Assembly: GCA_965247135.1 (NCBI GenBank)
Contig: CBDFGP010000004.1
Span: 912,814 to 976,813 of the forward strand
Origin: Hymenobacter sp.
GTDB taxonomy: Bacteria > Bacteroidota > Bacteroidia > Cytophagales > Hymenobacteraceae
Direction of reading: 5' to 3'
DNA: 64,000 nt
Shown here: piece after piece, positions 17,211 through 26,715 of the stretch
How positions within the stretch are numbered: the stretch's first letter is position 1
Layout: the number at the start of each line of letters is the position of its first letter
The notes under the pieces: generated by a model
Databases searched by the model: none
Told to the model about the DNA's origin: nothing
What the model saw: the letters and a program-made list of their open reading frames with translations, nothing else
Translations under genes and position numbers: made by a program

Positions 17211-18287
17211 GTGATTCCCCTTTCGGCCCTCTACTATTTCCTCTGCTATGCCTGGAACCGCTTGCCCGACCCGGCGCTGTTGCGGGCCACGGCGGCCACG
17301 CGCTTTCACCGGCCACTGGAGTTGCTGGCCCAGGTGTTGCTGCAAGCCCTGCGCCGCCGGTTTCGCAGCGGTCTGCCGCTCAGCTACCAAGCCCAGGAAG
17401 AAGAACTGACCAGCTTGCGCGGGCGCATCGAGCTAACGCCCTCGCTCACGCGGGGGCTGCTGCCGCAGGGCCGCGCCTGGTGCGCGTTCGACGAGTTGAG
17501 TACGGCCTCGCCGCTGCACACGCTACTGGCTGCTACGTTGGATGCATTGGCCGGGGCAGCGGGCTTGCCAATAGCCCTGCGCCGTGCGGTGCGGGCCGTG
17601 CGCCAGCGGCTGCCAACGCAGGCGGGCGCAACGCCGACTGCCGCCACGTTCCGCGCGTTGCGGCGGCAGCGGCCCGATGCCGAAGCCGCCTTTTTGCTGC
17701 ACGTGTGCGAGTTAATCTGGCAAACGGCCTTGCCTACGCCCACAGCGGGCGGGCGGGGGCGCTTCCGCGACTTCCGCCGCGATGAAGCGCTGATGGCCCG
17801 GCTGTTCGAGCAGTTTGTGCGGAATTTCTACCGCCGCGAACAGCACCGGTTTCGGGTATTTGCCGAAACCATCGCCTGGCAGGCCCAGGCCCCGCAACCC
17901 GCCGACCTCGCCCTGCTGCCCACCATGCTGACCGACACCACCCTGGAAGCCCCGGACCACAAAATCATCCTCGACACCAAATATTACGCCGCCGCCCTGC
18001 GCCCGCGCTACGACCGGCAACGCCTCATTTCCCCCCACCTCTACCAACTCTACGCCTACCTGCAAAACCAGCAGCCCGCCCCCGGCCAAGCCTTGGAAGG
18101 CGTTTTGCTGTACCCCGCCACCACCCAGGCCCTGGACCTGCGCTACACCCTGGGTGGGCACCCGGTGCGGGTGGTCACGCTCAACCTGCACCAGCCCTGG
18201 CCGGGCATTGCAGCCGATTTGCAGGCCATCATCGGCGAAGCAGCGGATGCAAAAAAGCCGCTCACCTTTCCGGAGACGGAAGGGTGA
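17211..18287 (+). CDS. mcrC: McrC-family restriction endonuclease subunit
   Basis: LFEQFVRNFY, TDTTL...IILDTKYY, LYQLYAY; immediately after mcrB. Confidence 0.92.
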   Translation: MIPLSALYYFLCYAWNRLPDPALLRATAATRFHRPLELLAQVLLQALRRRFRSGLPLSYQAQEEELTSLRGRIELTPSLTRGLLPQGRAWCAFDELSTASPLHTLLAATLDALAGAAGLPIALRRAVRAVRQRLPTQAGATPTAATFRALRRQRPDAEAAFLLHVCELIWQTALPTPTAGGRGRFRDFRRDEALMARLFEQFVRNFYRREQHRFRVFAETIAWQAQAPQPADLALLPTMLTDTTLEAPDHKIILDTKYYAAALRPRYDRQRLISPHLYQLYAYLQNQQPAPGQALEGVLLYPATTQALDLRYTLGGHPVRVVTLNLHQPWPGIAADLQAIIGEAADAKKPLTFPETEG

Positions 18288-18330
18288 GCGGCTTAGGCAA
18301 AGCAAGTGCCGGTCATTGGCCCGGCGGCAA

Positions 18331-18606
18331 TTACTTCTTCTCCTCAGTCGTGGTGGTCGAAGACTCCATTTTGGTACCTTCGGCCGGAGCCATCGTGCCT
18401 TCGGCTGGGGCCATAGCGCCTTCGGCCGGAGCCATTGCACCATCAGCCGGGGCCATAGCGCCTTCGGCCGGAGCGGCCATCTTGGTGCTGTCGGCCATTA
18501 CCGTGGTTTCGGTGGTGGTTTCGGTAGTGGCGGTTTTGTCGCCGCAAGCCGACAGGCCAGCGGTGAGGGCGAGGCCGAGGGCGGCCACTTTGAACAACTT
18601 GCTCAT
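18331..18606 (-). CDS. Small lipoprotein with five 7-aa MAPA(E/D)G(A/T) repeats
   Basis: Lipobox LSAC; 21-bp tandem repeats around 18378-18480. Confidence 0.85.
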   Translation of the reverse strand: MSKLFKVAALGLALTAGLSACGDKTATTETTTETTVMADSTKMAAPAEGAMAPADGAMAPAEGAMAPAEGTMAPAEGTKMESSTTTTEEKK

Positions 18607-18753
18607 TTTGGGGGTAAGTTTGGGGGTGATTGGGATAAAAAATGTTGCTTAAAAGCGCCCTTTATCCCGCCCGGTGTAAAAGGTAACCCCCCGCCAAATT
18701 TTTTTTTGCGGGGGGTTACATCCCGGCCTTTTTTGTATTAACCGCCAAAGCGA

Positions 18754-19368
18754 ATGAGCCGGGGCAACGTTGCTTCTTCTTCCTTGACTATTTCCGACGA
18801 CGAAACGCTCGTGGCGGCCTTGCGCGGCGGCGACGAACGGGCCTTGAGCCAGCTCTACCGGCAACACTGGCCGATGGTGTCGCACTTCGTGCTGCAAAAC
18901 AGCGGCACCGAAGCCGATGCCCAGGACGTGTACCAAGAAGGCGTGGTGGTGTTTTACGAAAAGGTGCGCGACAACTCCCTGGAATTGCGCTGCCAGATTA
19001 AGACTTACCTCTACGCCGTCTGCCGCCGCATCTGGCTCAAGCGACTGGCTAGCCGCAGCCGCTTTGGCGTGCGGCTGCTCGACGACGACGAGGGCCACGC
19101 CCCCGACCTGCACACCGGGGCCGGGGACGACCTGCTGGCCGCCGAAGAGCAGGAGCGTCGCTTCGACACGCTGGCCCAGGCCCTGGCCAGCTTGGGCGAA
19201 CCCTGCCGCTCGTTGCTGGAAGGGTTTTATTTGCTCGATAAATCCATGAAAGACCTTGCAGCCGAATTTCGCTACACCAACACTGATAATGCCAAAACAC
19301 AGAAATACAAGTGTTTGATGCGGCTCAAAAAATTGTTTTTTGCTCAATACAAAGAAACGAAAAACTAA
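18754..19368 (+). CDS. ECF-type RNA polymerase sigma factor
   Basis: DAQDVYQEG, KTYLYAVCRRIWL (region 2), CRSLLEGFY...AKTQKYKC (region 4). Confidence 0.92.
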   Translation: MSRGNVASSSLTISDDETLVAALRGGDERALSQLYRQHWPMVSHFVLQNSGTEADAQDVYQEGVVVFYEKVRDNSLELRCQIKTYLYAVCRRIWLKRLASRSRFGVRLLDDDEGHAPDLHTGAGDDLLAAEEQERRFDTLAQALASLGEPCRSLLEGFYLLDKSMKDLAAEFRYTNTDNAKTQKYKCLMRLKKLFFAQYKETKN

Positions 19369-19433
19369 ACTACATTAGTTGTTAATAATTTTACTCCAAA
19401 GGAAGTTGCGCTGCCAACTCCTGCCCCAAGCCG

Positions 19434-20621
19434 ATGACCGAAGCCGATTACTACGCCTTATTCGAAGCCTATACCACCGGCCAGCTGGCTGCGCCCGCCC
19501 GCGCCAACTTACAGGCCCGGCTGGCCGCCGACCCCGCTCTGGCCCTGCACTATGCCGACTACATGGAACTGACTGCTACGCTGCGGGCCGCCGGGCAGCG
19601 CCAGGCACTGCGGCAACAACTGACGGCCCTGCACGCAGCCCTGATTCCCGGCACTTCGGTTCCTGAATCGGCAGCAATGCTCACGGCCACCGTGAACCCG
19701 TTGAAGCCGTTGGAACGGCCCGCCGCCCCAAAGCTGCACATTTCGCGCACCGAGCGGCGGCTGCGCGATTTCTGGAACGGCCACCGGGCCACGATTGGCG
19801 TGGCGGCTTCGGTGGCGGTGCTGGCCGTGTTCAGCACCCTGCTGGGCCTGGAGTGGTGGCGGGCCGCCAAAACCGCGCCGTCCCTGTACGGCTACACGGT
19901 ACTGCGCCGCGAGATGGCCCAGCTCAAAATCAACCAGAAAGCCCTGTCGCGCACCGTGCGGAGTCGCCTCACTCCCGGCCCCGCCGCCCCCGTTGTGAAC
20001 AACGGCAAGTTCAGCGGCACCGGCTTTGCCCTCACCGCCGACGGCTACCTCGTCACGAGTTACCACGTCATTCAAGGGGCCGATTCGCTCCTGATTGAGG
20101 GGCACGGCCGGCCGCGTTACCACGCCGAAACCGTGTACGCGGACGTGGCCCACGACTTGGCCATTCTGCGCATTAAGGATGCCCGGTTTGCCGGCTTCGG
20201 CCGCCTGCCTTACACCTTCAAAACGGGCGAGGCCGACCTGGGCGAGCGGGTGTACACGTTGGGCTACCCCCGCGAAGACGTGGTGTACGGCGAAGGGACG
20301 TTAAGTGCCCGTTCGGGCTTTGAGGGCGACACGGCCTTCTACCAGGTCAGCATTCCGGTGAATCCGGGCAACTCGGGCGGGCCGCTGCTCGACGAGCGCG
20401 GCAACCTGATTGGGGTGGTGAGCGGACGGCAAAACGACGTGCAAAGTGCGGCCTTCGCCACCAAGTCGTCGTACCTGCTGCGCCTGGTCGATTCGCTGGA
20501 TGCGGCCCGGCCCAGCAATTCTTACAAGTTGCCGAGGTACAACCAGTTGGTGGGCAGCACCCGGCCGCAGCAAGTGAAGAAGTTACAAGACTACGTGTTC
20601 GTGGTCAAGGTATTTGAATAA
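19434..20621 (+). CDS. Membrane-anchored trypsin-like (S1) serine protease with anti-sigma-like N-terminus
   Basis: One TM segment; catalytic triad TSYHVI / DLAIL / GNSGGP; directly follows the ECF sigma gene. Confidence 0.88.
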   Translation: MTEADYYALFEAYTTGQLAAPARANLQARLAADPALALHYADYMELTATLRAAGQRQALRQQLTALHAALIPGTSVPESAAMLTATVNPLKPLERPAAPKLHISRTERRLRDFWNGHRATIGVAASVAVLAVFSTLLGLEWWRAAKTAPSLYGYTVLRREMAQLKINQKALSRTVRSRLTPGPAAPVVNNGKFSGTGFALTADGYLVTSYHVIQGADSLLIEGHGRPRYHAETVYADVAHDLAILRIKDARFAGFGRLPYTFKTGEADLGERVYTLGYPREDVVYGEGTLSARSGFEGDTAFYQVSIPVNPGNSGGPLLDERGNLIGVVSGRQNDVQSAAFATKSSYLLRLVDSLDAARPSNSYKLPRYNQLVGSTRPQQVKKLQDYVFVVKVFE

Positions 20622-20838
20622 GCCGGCCCGGCTCCGCTGGTTCGGTGGCTCCGTCAATTCGTTGGCGGAGCCTTTTTTGTGGGCAGTAGCTGGGTTGGGG
20701 CAGCGCGGTGCGCCGAAGACAGGACCGGAGCACCGCGCCCAACCGCCCAAAACGGAAGCTAACTCTGACCGGCTAGTCCCCGTAAAGCAACCGCGCCGCG
20801 CATGGCGGCCAAATCCCACCTTTCCTCACTCCCCGCTC

Positions 20839-21078
20839 ATGGATGCCAATCAAATCGAAGTTCAACTCGAAAAAATATTACCCGAAGACATTGCCCGCGC
20901 CTTTGAAAGCGGCTTCCACGTGCTGCAAGGCCAGCACGAACACATGGACGACTTGCTGAAACACGGTGGGGTACTGCTCCGCAAAGCGGCCCAAAAGTTT
21001 TCGCCCACCCAGCTTGTCATTGGCATTGCCGCCCTGGCCGCCGTGGCGGTGGTTATGATGAACCGCGACAGTAAGTAA
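20839..21078 (+). CDS. Small hypothetical protein with C-terminal TM helix
   Basis: ATG 20839 MDANQIEVQLEK...IGIAALAAVAVVMM; host-like codon usage. Confidence 0.7.
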   Translation: MDANQIEVQLEKILPEDIARAFESGFHVLQGQHEHMDDLLKHGGVLLRKAAQKFSPTQLVIGIAALAAVAVVMMNRDSK

Positions 21079-21131
21079 TTCCTGTACTGTGCGGGGGCGG
21101 CCAGCACCAGCCAGCCGCCCCCGCCGTTGGC

Positions 21132-22232
21132 TTAGCGAATGTCCACCGTGAGGGGCACTGTGAGGCGCACGGCCACGGGTTGCCCGTGCTGTCGGCCCGG
21201 TTCGAGGCGGGGCAGCCGCACGGCTGCAGCCAACACAGCTTCGTCCAGGGCGCTATCGAAGCCCTGCACAATGACCGGGCGCGTCACGCGGCCATCGGGC
21301 TCGACCACGAAGCTGATTTGCAGCTGCCCGCCCCGCGCTTGCGGCGGAAATTGCACCCGTTCCAGCAAAGACGTGGCAATGGCCGACAATCCTTCGGTGC
21401 CGGGCAGGTGCGGCAGTTGTTCGGCGTAGTTGTACACTTGCCGTTCGGGCACTGGTGGCACCGCACCTGCTGGCAGCGGCGGCGGACTAAATGCCACGTT
21501 GATGGCCTGTTGCACGGCCACGGGCTGGTCGTCGTAGCCCAGGGCGGGCTGCCAGCGCGGCATGGCCCGCACCAGGCGCAGGGCTTCGTCGTCGCAGGCC
21601 GCGCACAAGGATTTCACAACTTCGGTGGCCCCCACGCGGCCGTCGGCCCGCAGCACGAAGCGCACCGTGACGGCCCCGCGCAAGTCGCGCAAACCCACTT
21701 CGGCCGGGGTTTGCAGGTGCTTTTGTAAGTAGCTTTCCACTGCATCTGCCCCACCCGGAAACTGCGCGGCCCGCGCCACTTCGTTGCTGCCGAATACGTG
21801 GCGGGGCGAAAAAAACACCACAGGAATCGTGAACAGCACCGCCACGGGCTGGCCGTTGTAGCGGCCCGGCACCAAGCGCGGCAATCGTTGCACCGCCGCC
21901 AGCGCCGCCGCATTGCAGGCCGGGCTGAGGCCCTGCGCCACAGCCGCCTGCCGGGCCACGCCGCTCACGCCCACTACCACCCGCACATACACGCGGCCCT
22001 CGACCCGGCCCTCGCGCACTTCAGTTGGCACCTGCACCTGCCGCTGCACAGCTTTGACCAAAGCAAGGTTGCCACCCCCGCCTGGCAAAGCGGGCATCTG
22101 CTCCACGTAACTGAAAATACGGGACGTGTCGGCGGCGAACGGCGGCACGGTCCCCCATTGAGCAACTGCTGGCCGGGCCAGGAACACAGCCCCCAACAGC
22201 AGCCCCAGCCAAAAGCGAAAAGCAAGCCTCAT
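21132..22232 (-). CDS. TonB-family energy transducer with three TonB C-terminal domains
   Basis: VEQMPALPGG...GRVYVRVVV, FPGG...VRFVLRADG, ISFVVEPDG; PG(R)xxGQPVAV repeated three times. Confidence 0.88.
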   Translation of the reverse strand: MRLAFRFWLGLLLGAVFLARPAVAQWGTVPPFAADTSRIFSYVEQMPALPGGGGNLALVKAVQRQVQVPTEVREGRVEGRVYVRVVVGVSGVARQAAVAQGLSPACNAAALAAVQRLPRLVPGRYNGQPVAVLFTIPVVFFSPRHVFGSNEVARAAQFPGGADAVESYLQKHLQTPAEVGLRDLRGAVTVRFVLRADGRVGATEVVKSLCAACDDEALRLVRAMPRWQPALGYDDQPVAVQQAINVAFSPPPLPAGAVPPVPERQVYNYAEQLPHLPGTEGLSAIATSLLERVQFPPQARGGQLQISFVVEPDGRVTRPVIVQGFDSALDEAVLAAAVRLPRLEPGRQHGQPVAVRLTVPLTVDIR

Positions 22233-22450
22233 GGGCCAAAATTACGAAAGCACCGGGTTTCAGGTTTGGAACCTTTGCCGCCATGAAGTTACGCTTCGGG
22301 AAAAAGGCCGCCGCAGGGTGGTGTGCAGCCAACTGCTACCAACAAACGCCGACCGGACTACTGTTACGCAAGCAACTTCGGGAGCTTAGCATTCAACATT
22401 TTTCTCGCTGCTTAGGCCACTTTTCTTGTTCAGGTTTAGCCCAAAAAACG

Positions 22451-22607
22451 GCTTAAGCAGTCACGCAAAAGTGAGCGTGTAAAAGGATGTCATGCTGAGC
22501 GCCGCCGAAGCATCTCTACCAGCTAGTAATCAAGGCGTGAGCCGAAGCGCTAGAGGTGCTTCGGCTGCGCTCAGCATGACCGTTTACTTATGCGCGACTA
22601 CTTAAGC
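22451..22607. repeat. Nested fold-back element (GTCATGCTGAGCG...GAAGCATCT family)
   Basis: Inner arms 22489-22518 / 22551-22580; outer arms 22451-22472 / 22586-22607; related copy at 55526-55680. Confidence 0.85.
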
Positions 22608-22686
22608 ACGCTCAAACAAACTGCGTAACATCAACAGGTGATGAGCGCAACGGGGCTGAGCGTGAGGAAACGAAAGCAATTGGCAC

Positions 22687-22718
22687 AAAAAAAGGGCCGC
22701 GCAATGCGCGGCCCTTTT
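22687..22718. terminator. Intrinsic terminator
   Basis: aaaaaaagggccgcgca-a-tgcgcggccctttt downstream of the minus-strand T9SS gene. Confidence 0.8.
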
Positions 22719-22737
22719 CCTGACAAAGCCTATCGGC

Positions 22738-25700
22738 TTACTTGATTATCTCAATCCAGCCTTTGGTCTTGGCTCCGTTGCTGTCGGTGATGTAGTAATA
22801 GTACACACCTGGCGCTTCGTCGGCCCCACCCCACGTGTTGTCATAGTTGGCGAACTCCTTTACCTTGCGGCCCCAGCGGTTGTAGATTTCCAACTTGCTC
22901 GTGGTGCTGGCCGAGGAAATCTTGAACACATCGTTCAGACCGTCAGCGTTGGGCGTGATGACGTTGGGCACTTGGTTGTCGGGTACTGCCACCGAGCGTA
23001 CAAACGTAACGTCGGTGCAGTTTTGGTTATTGACGCTGGCCGAGGTCTTGAGCTTGATGGTGTATTGGCCAGCCTGGTCAAGTTTCAGCCCTTTGCTGGG
23101 GTCCGCCTGAGGGTTGCTTGGAATAGCAACGTTGGGAATGCCATCAGCGCGAGTTGAAAACAGCACCGGTGTCTCGTTCAAAGAACCACCTTGGATATCG
23201 AAGTCCCGCTGGTAGGTCCAGCTGTAGCCCGACAGTGCAATGTTAGCGGGGTTGGGTGTGGCCACCCGCGAGGTGTTGGTAAAAGTGAAGTACACTGGCG
23301 GCTTGGTCGTATGCTGACCACTGGCGTTGAGCGAGTCTTTGACCGCAAACTCGGCAACGGCCAGCGGGGCAATGTGAACTACCACCGAAGCCGTATCAGA
23401 ACAACCGAACTGCGATTTTCCAGTGGCTACCACGCGGTAACGGGTATCGACAGTGGGGTGAGCATCTACGGAAGCTCCCGTGTTCAATACCAGCCCCGAA
23501 CCGCTCCAGGCGTAGTCATAGGTGTCGTTGGTGCCGGGGGGCGGCGTGGTAGTTACCGTCAGTGTTACTGTGCCGCCGGGGCAGATGTAGGGCGTGGCGG
23601 CAGTAGCTTTTACGATTGGTTGGGGCAGCACCCGCACCAGCACCGAAGCGGTGTCGTTGCAGTTGAAACGCGTCCGGCCGGTGACGGTGTAGCGGTAGCG
23701 CGTGGTTTGCGTGGGCCGCACCACGATGGTGTCCTTGTTTACATCGCTTGGGTTGAGGCCCGGCGCGACCGTCCACTGCACCTTGGAAGAGTCCGGCAAA
23801 TTGTCGCTGCGGAATATCACGGCCTTCAGCGACACGGGAGTACCCGTACATACGCCTATTGGGCTGTAATTTCTCGTTTGAATAGTCGGTCCCGGCACAA
23901 CCTGAATGACCTGCGTCGTGGTGTTGTCGCAACCGTACTGCGTCTGTCCTTTTGCCGTGAGCGTGTAGGTATAACGCCCGGCAATCATGGGAGCCGTAAT
24001 GGTCACGTTCTGCGAAGCCGTATCGGCCGCTGCCAAGCCGTTGCCGGGCTGCCAGTGGTAGGTATAAACGTCACGCAAACCATCGGCTCGGGAAGCACTG
24101 CCTTGCAAGGTCACGTGACCACCGGCGCACACCCGCCGGGTCAAGGTGTCTGCCAGCGTGATTTTGGCTACTGGTTCGGGAGCCACGCGCACCAAGAATG
24201 AGGTAGTGTCGCCGCAACCACTCGTAAAGCCAAACTGCGGGGTAATCGACAAGAGGTAGCGCGTGGTTGTGGCGGGGCTTACCCGCACACCCAGGGTGCG
24301 GGTTCCACCGATGACACTGGCAACGGGCTGGCCCACTACCGGTCCCGCTGAATTATAACCCAAGACCGGCTCCCACCGCAACGCATATTGCTGTAGAACC
24401 GTGCGGCCGCTAGCCACGTTACGAACAGAGTCTGGACGGCTTACGGTGCCGGACAAGTTAATGTATCCGCCAGGACAAATGGTTGCAGCCCTGGTGCTAG
24501 GAGCGGGTGGGGGAAGAGGAACCGGGCCAATGCCAACGCCACCTGTCCCGGCCACGGCCCGGGCTTGCTGTCCCGATATTATTTTAATGACCACCGTCCG
24601 ATACTGAATGCCTTTAACCGGGCAAGCATCGTCCTCAATGCGTATCGTAATGAGAATGGTGTTGTTTATGGCAGTTGAGGAAGGTTGGAAATAAAAGGTC
24701 CCTTGTGGGGTAGGAGTGCCGTTACGAGTTATCGTGAAACTGCCAATGTCGCCGTTTTGCAACAGGTTGGAATTGATGTCTACTGGCGGGAACACCGTCA
24801 GGTTTTGCAGGGGACTGGCTTGGTTAGCACCGGGGGCGTTGTTGGGGTCCGTGAACGGCACGGTAATGCGGGTATAGTTGCAGGTTCTGACCTGAAGTTG
24901 CAAGGTGTCAAAAGTGCTGGTAATAGTGGGATGAGCAAGGGTGTCTCCAGCCATGGCGGGTGGCGGTGTAGGCAACACGTTGTTAAGGCAATTAACCACG
25001 TTGACCAGAAAATCACGCCGCACCGACCCCACTTTGTAATAACGGCCACCAATTTTACGGTACTCGGTTACTTTGCCGACAATGATATACTTGTTGTCGC
25101 CAGCAGCAGGACCTACCCCAGTAATAAAACGGTTGGGTGTAAAACGGAAACTGCCAGCAGTGGCGTTGAAAAGAAATCGTGGCTGCACTGTTAAAGTGCT
25201 GTTGACTCCCGGGATACACATACCCACGGTGTCGTTCGCTACGGAAATGGGAAGGGTCGCGGTATAAGTCGCCGCAGTATTGGGGGGGCACCGCAAAATA
25301 CACTGGGCTCCGATAAAGGCGGGACTGCAACCCGTGCCAGGGTAAGGCAGGTAAGTTTCGTAAGTACCGCAACCGTTCAACGGGCGGTCCAGCGAGTACA
25401 CCAACGAATCTCCTCGGCCGGGCGCACCAGCATAGGCAAAGTTGAGCCGGTCCGCATCGGTTGCGGAAAAAGTCAACGTGGTGGATTGGTTGACGCACAC
25501 AAACGGCACGGGCAGCGTGAGTTGGTTAAACTGCGGCGAGTTGTTTTGAAGAGTTACTGTCGGACCCCCGCCTACCGGGGTAATGAGGTTGTTCAGCGTG
25601 GCTTCCAAGCGAAGGGTTCCGGCGCTAATATTAGCCAAAGCCGGACGGGAGGATTCTTCTACACTTAGTATCCATTCAGCAGCGGGCGGCAGGGTTATCA

Positions 25701-26100
25701 CTCCCTCGTAAGGGATAGCAACCGTATTGGGGAGGCCCGTTGCGTTCGATGAATTGGGCGTACAAAGGGGTTGCATAGCTTGCACCGAGCTACAGTAGGG
25801 TTGAAATGTGGTATAACTGCCCGGGCTGGTTGGAAAGCCAGTGGGCGGCATCAACGTAGCGGTAAGGGCATTAGTCGCACCACAAGTGCGAGTCGCAGTG
25901 AGAGAGAAACTGGTAGGAGCTGGAATACCGCTGCAATCCTTAAAAAAAGTCACCCGCACCCGGTACTGGTTGTTACCGAGCGAGAAATAGGTCAGTTCGC
26001 CGGCTTGGGCGTGCGAGGCGCGGGCTTGTTGCACACTAGCCCAGGAAAACAGGCAAAGCAGCAACAAGCGTAGCGGGGGGGAATGTAAGAGCTTCTTCAT
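22738..26100 (-). CDS. T9SS type B (gliding-motility-associated CTD) surface protein with Ig-like repeats
   Basis: Signal peptide MKKLL...ASHAQAGELTY; C-terminus VPNVITPNADGLNDVF...IYNRWG...GVYYY...KGWIEIIK. Confidence 0.92.
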   Translation of the reverse strand: MKKLLHSPPLRLLLLCLFSWASVQQARASHAQAGELTYFSLGNNQYRVRVTFFKDCSGIPAPTSFSLTATRTCGATNALTATLMPPTGFPTSPGSYTTFQPYCSSVQAMQPLCTPNSSNATGLPNTVAIPYEGVITLPPAAEWILSVEESSRPALANISAGTLRLEATLNNLITPVGGGPTVTLQNNSPQFNQLTLPVPFVCVNQSTTLTFSATDADRLNFAYAGAPGRGDSLVYSLDRPLNGCGTYETYLPYPGTGCSPAFIGAQCILRCPPNTAATYTATLPISVANDTVGMCIPGVNSTLTVQPRFLFNATAGSFRFTPNRFITGVGPAAGDNKYIIVGKVTEYRKIGGRYYKVGSVRRDFLVNVVNCLNNVLPTPPPAMAGDTLAHPTITSTFDTLQLQVRTCNYTRITVPFTDPNNAPGANQASPLQNLTVFPPVDINSNLLQNGDIGSFTITRNGTPTPQGTFYFQPSSTAINNTILITIRIEDDACPVKGIQYRTVVIKIISGQQARAVAGTGGVGIGPVPLPPPAPSTRAATICPGGYINLSGTVSRPDSVRNVASGRTVLQQYALRWEPVLGYNSAGPVVGQPVASVIGGTRTLGVRVSPATTTRYLLSITPQFGFTSGCGDTTSFLVRVAPEPVAKITLADTLTRRVCAGGHVTLQGSASRADGLRDVYTYHWQPGNGLAAADTASQNVTITAPMIAGRYTYTLTAKGQTQYGCDNTTTQVIQVVPGPTIQTRNYSPIGVCTGTPVSLKAVIFRSDNLPDSSKVQWTVAPGLNPSDVNKDTIVVRPTQTTRYRYTVTGRTRFNCNDTASVLVRVLPQPIVKATAATPYICPGGTVTLTVTTTPPPGTNDTYDYAWSGSGLVLNTGASVDAHPTVDTRYRVVATGKSQFGCSDTASVVVHIAPLAVAEFAVKDSLNASGQHTTKPPVYFTFTNTSRVATPNPANIALSGYSWTYQRDFDIQGGSLNETPVLFSTRADGIPNVAIPSNPQADPSKGLKLDQAGQYTIKLKTSASVNNQNCTDVTFVRSVAVPDNQVPNVITPNADGLNDVFKISSASTTSKLEIYNRWGRKVKEFANYDNTWGGADEAPGVYYYYITDSNGAKTKGWIEIIK

Positions 26101-26402
26101 GATGACTGAAGGAAGGGGGTTGGGGGTGAGAAAAACTTGAGAAGAAAAAAAGAAAGTTTGGCAAGCCAAAGATACCATCGGCAGCCCCCGAATGAAACAA
26201 GTTCAAGAGTTGGGCGGCGGTGTTCACAAGCAAATTCAGCGCCAAAATTAGCAAAAAGACGAAATTATGCGAACTTTTTTTAGAGTTGCCGAGGTGGCGG
26301 CGGGCAGTGGTCGTTGGTGGCCTACGCCAAACCAAGCTTTTGTTTTGTCGTTGAAGTTGTTAGGGCAATGAACGGGCTCTCTAAGCGCAGGGAACCTCCC
26401 AA

Positions 26403-26460
26403 AAACCGCAAAACCCGCCCGCAAAGCGCGAGCGGGTTTTGCGGGCGGGTTTTGCGGTTT
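26403..26460. repeat. Perfect 23-bp inverted repeat
   Basis: aaaccgcaaaacccgcccgcaaa / tttgcgggcgggttttgcggttt. Confidence 0.85.
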
Positions 26461-26598
26461 CAGTTAGGCCAATTGGTTGACCAAAGCGAACACATAATCA
26501 GCACCGAGAACCTGGCGGCGGGCGCGTACCCGATGTGGGTGGTGCTGGGCACCGAGGTACCGACGCGCAAGGTGGTGTTGGGACAGGTTATAGGTTAA
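26461..26598 (+). pseudogene. Orphan T9SS type A C-terminal domain remnant
   Basis: Reads IISTENLAAGAYPMWVVLGTEVPTRKVVL, resembling VSTQGLAAGVYTLRV...TRKVVLE of 3233-7096; no gene body upstream. Confidence 0.65.
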
Positions 26599-26715
26599 CA
26601 ATTCCTTTTTTGGGCGGTTTCCGGCGTTGAAGGGCGGGTAGCCGTACTTATGATACCCAACGGAGCCGGGCAAGAAGCGCTTGTCATGGCTACTCTCGTC
26701 ATTTTTTGGATTCTT

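Noticed and set aside
22283-22456. 57-aa plus-strand ORF after an AACCTTTG element
   Set aside because: No motif, atypical composition, stop lies inside a repeat arm
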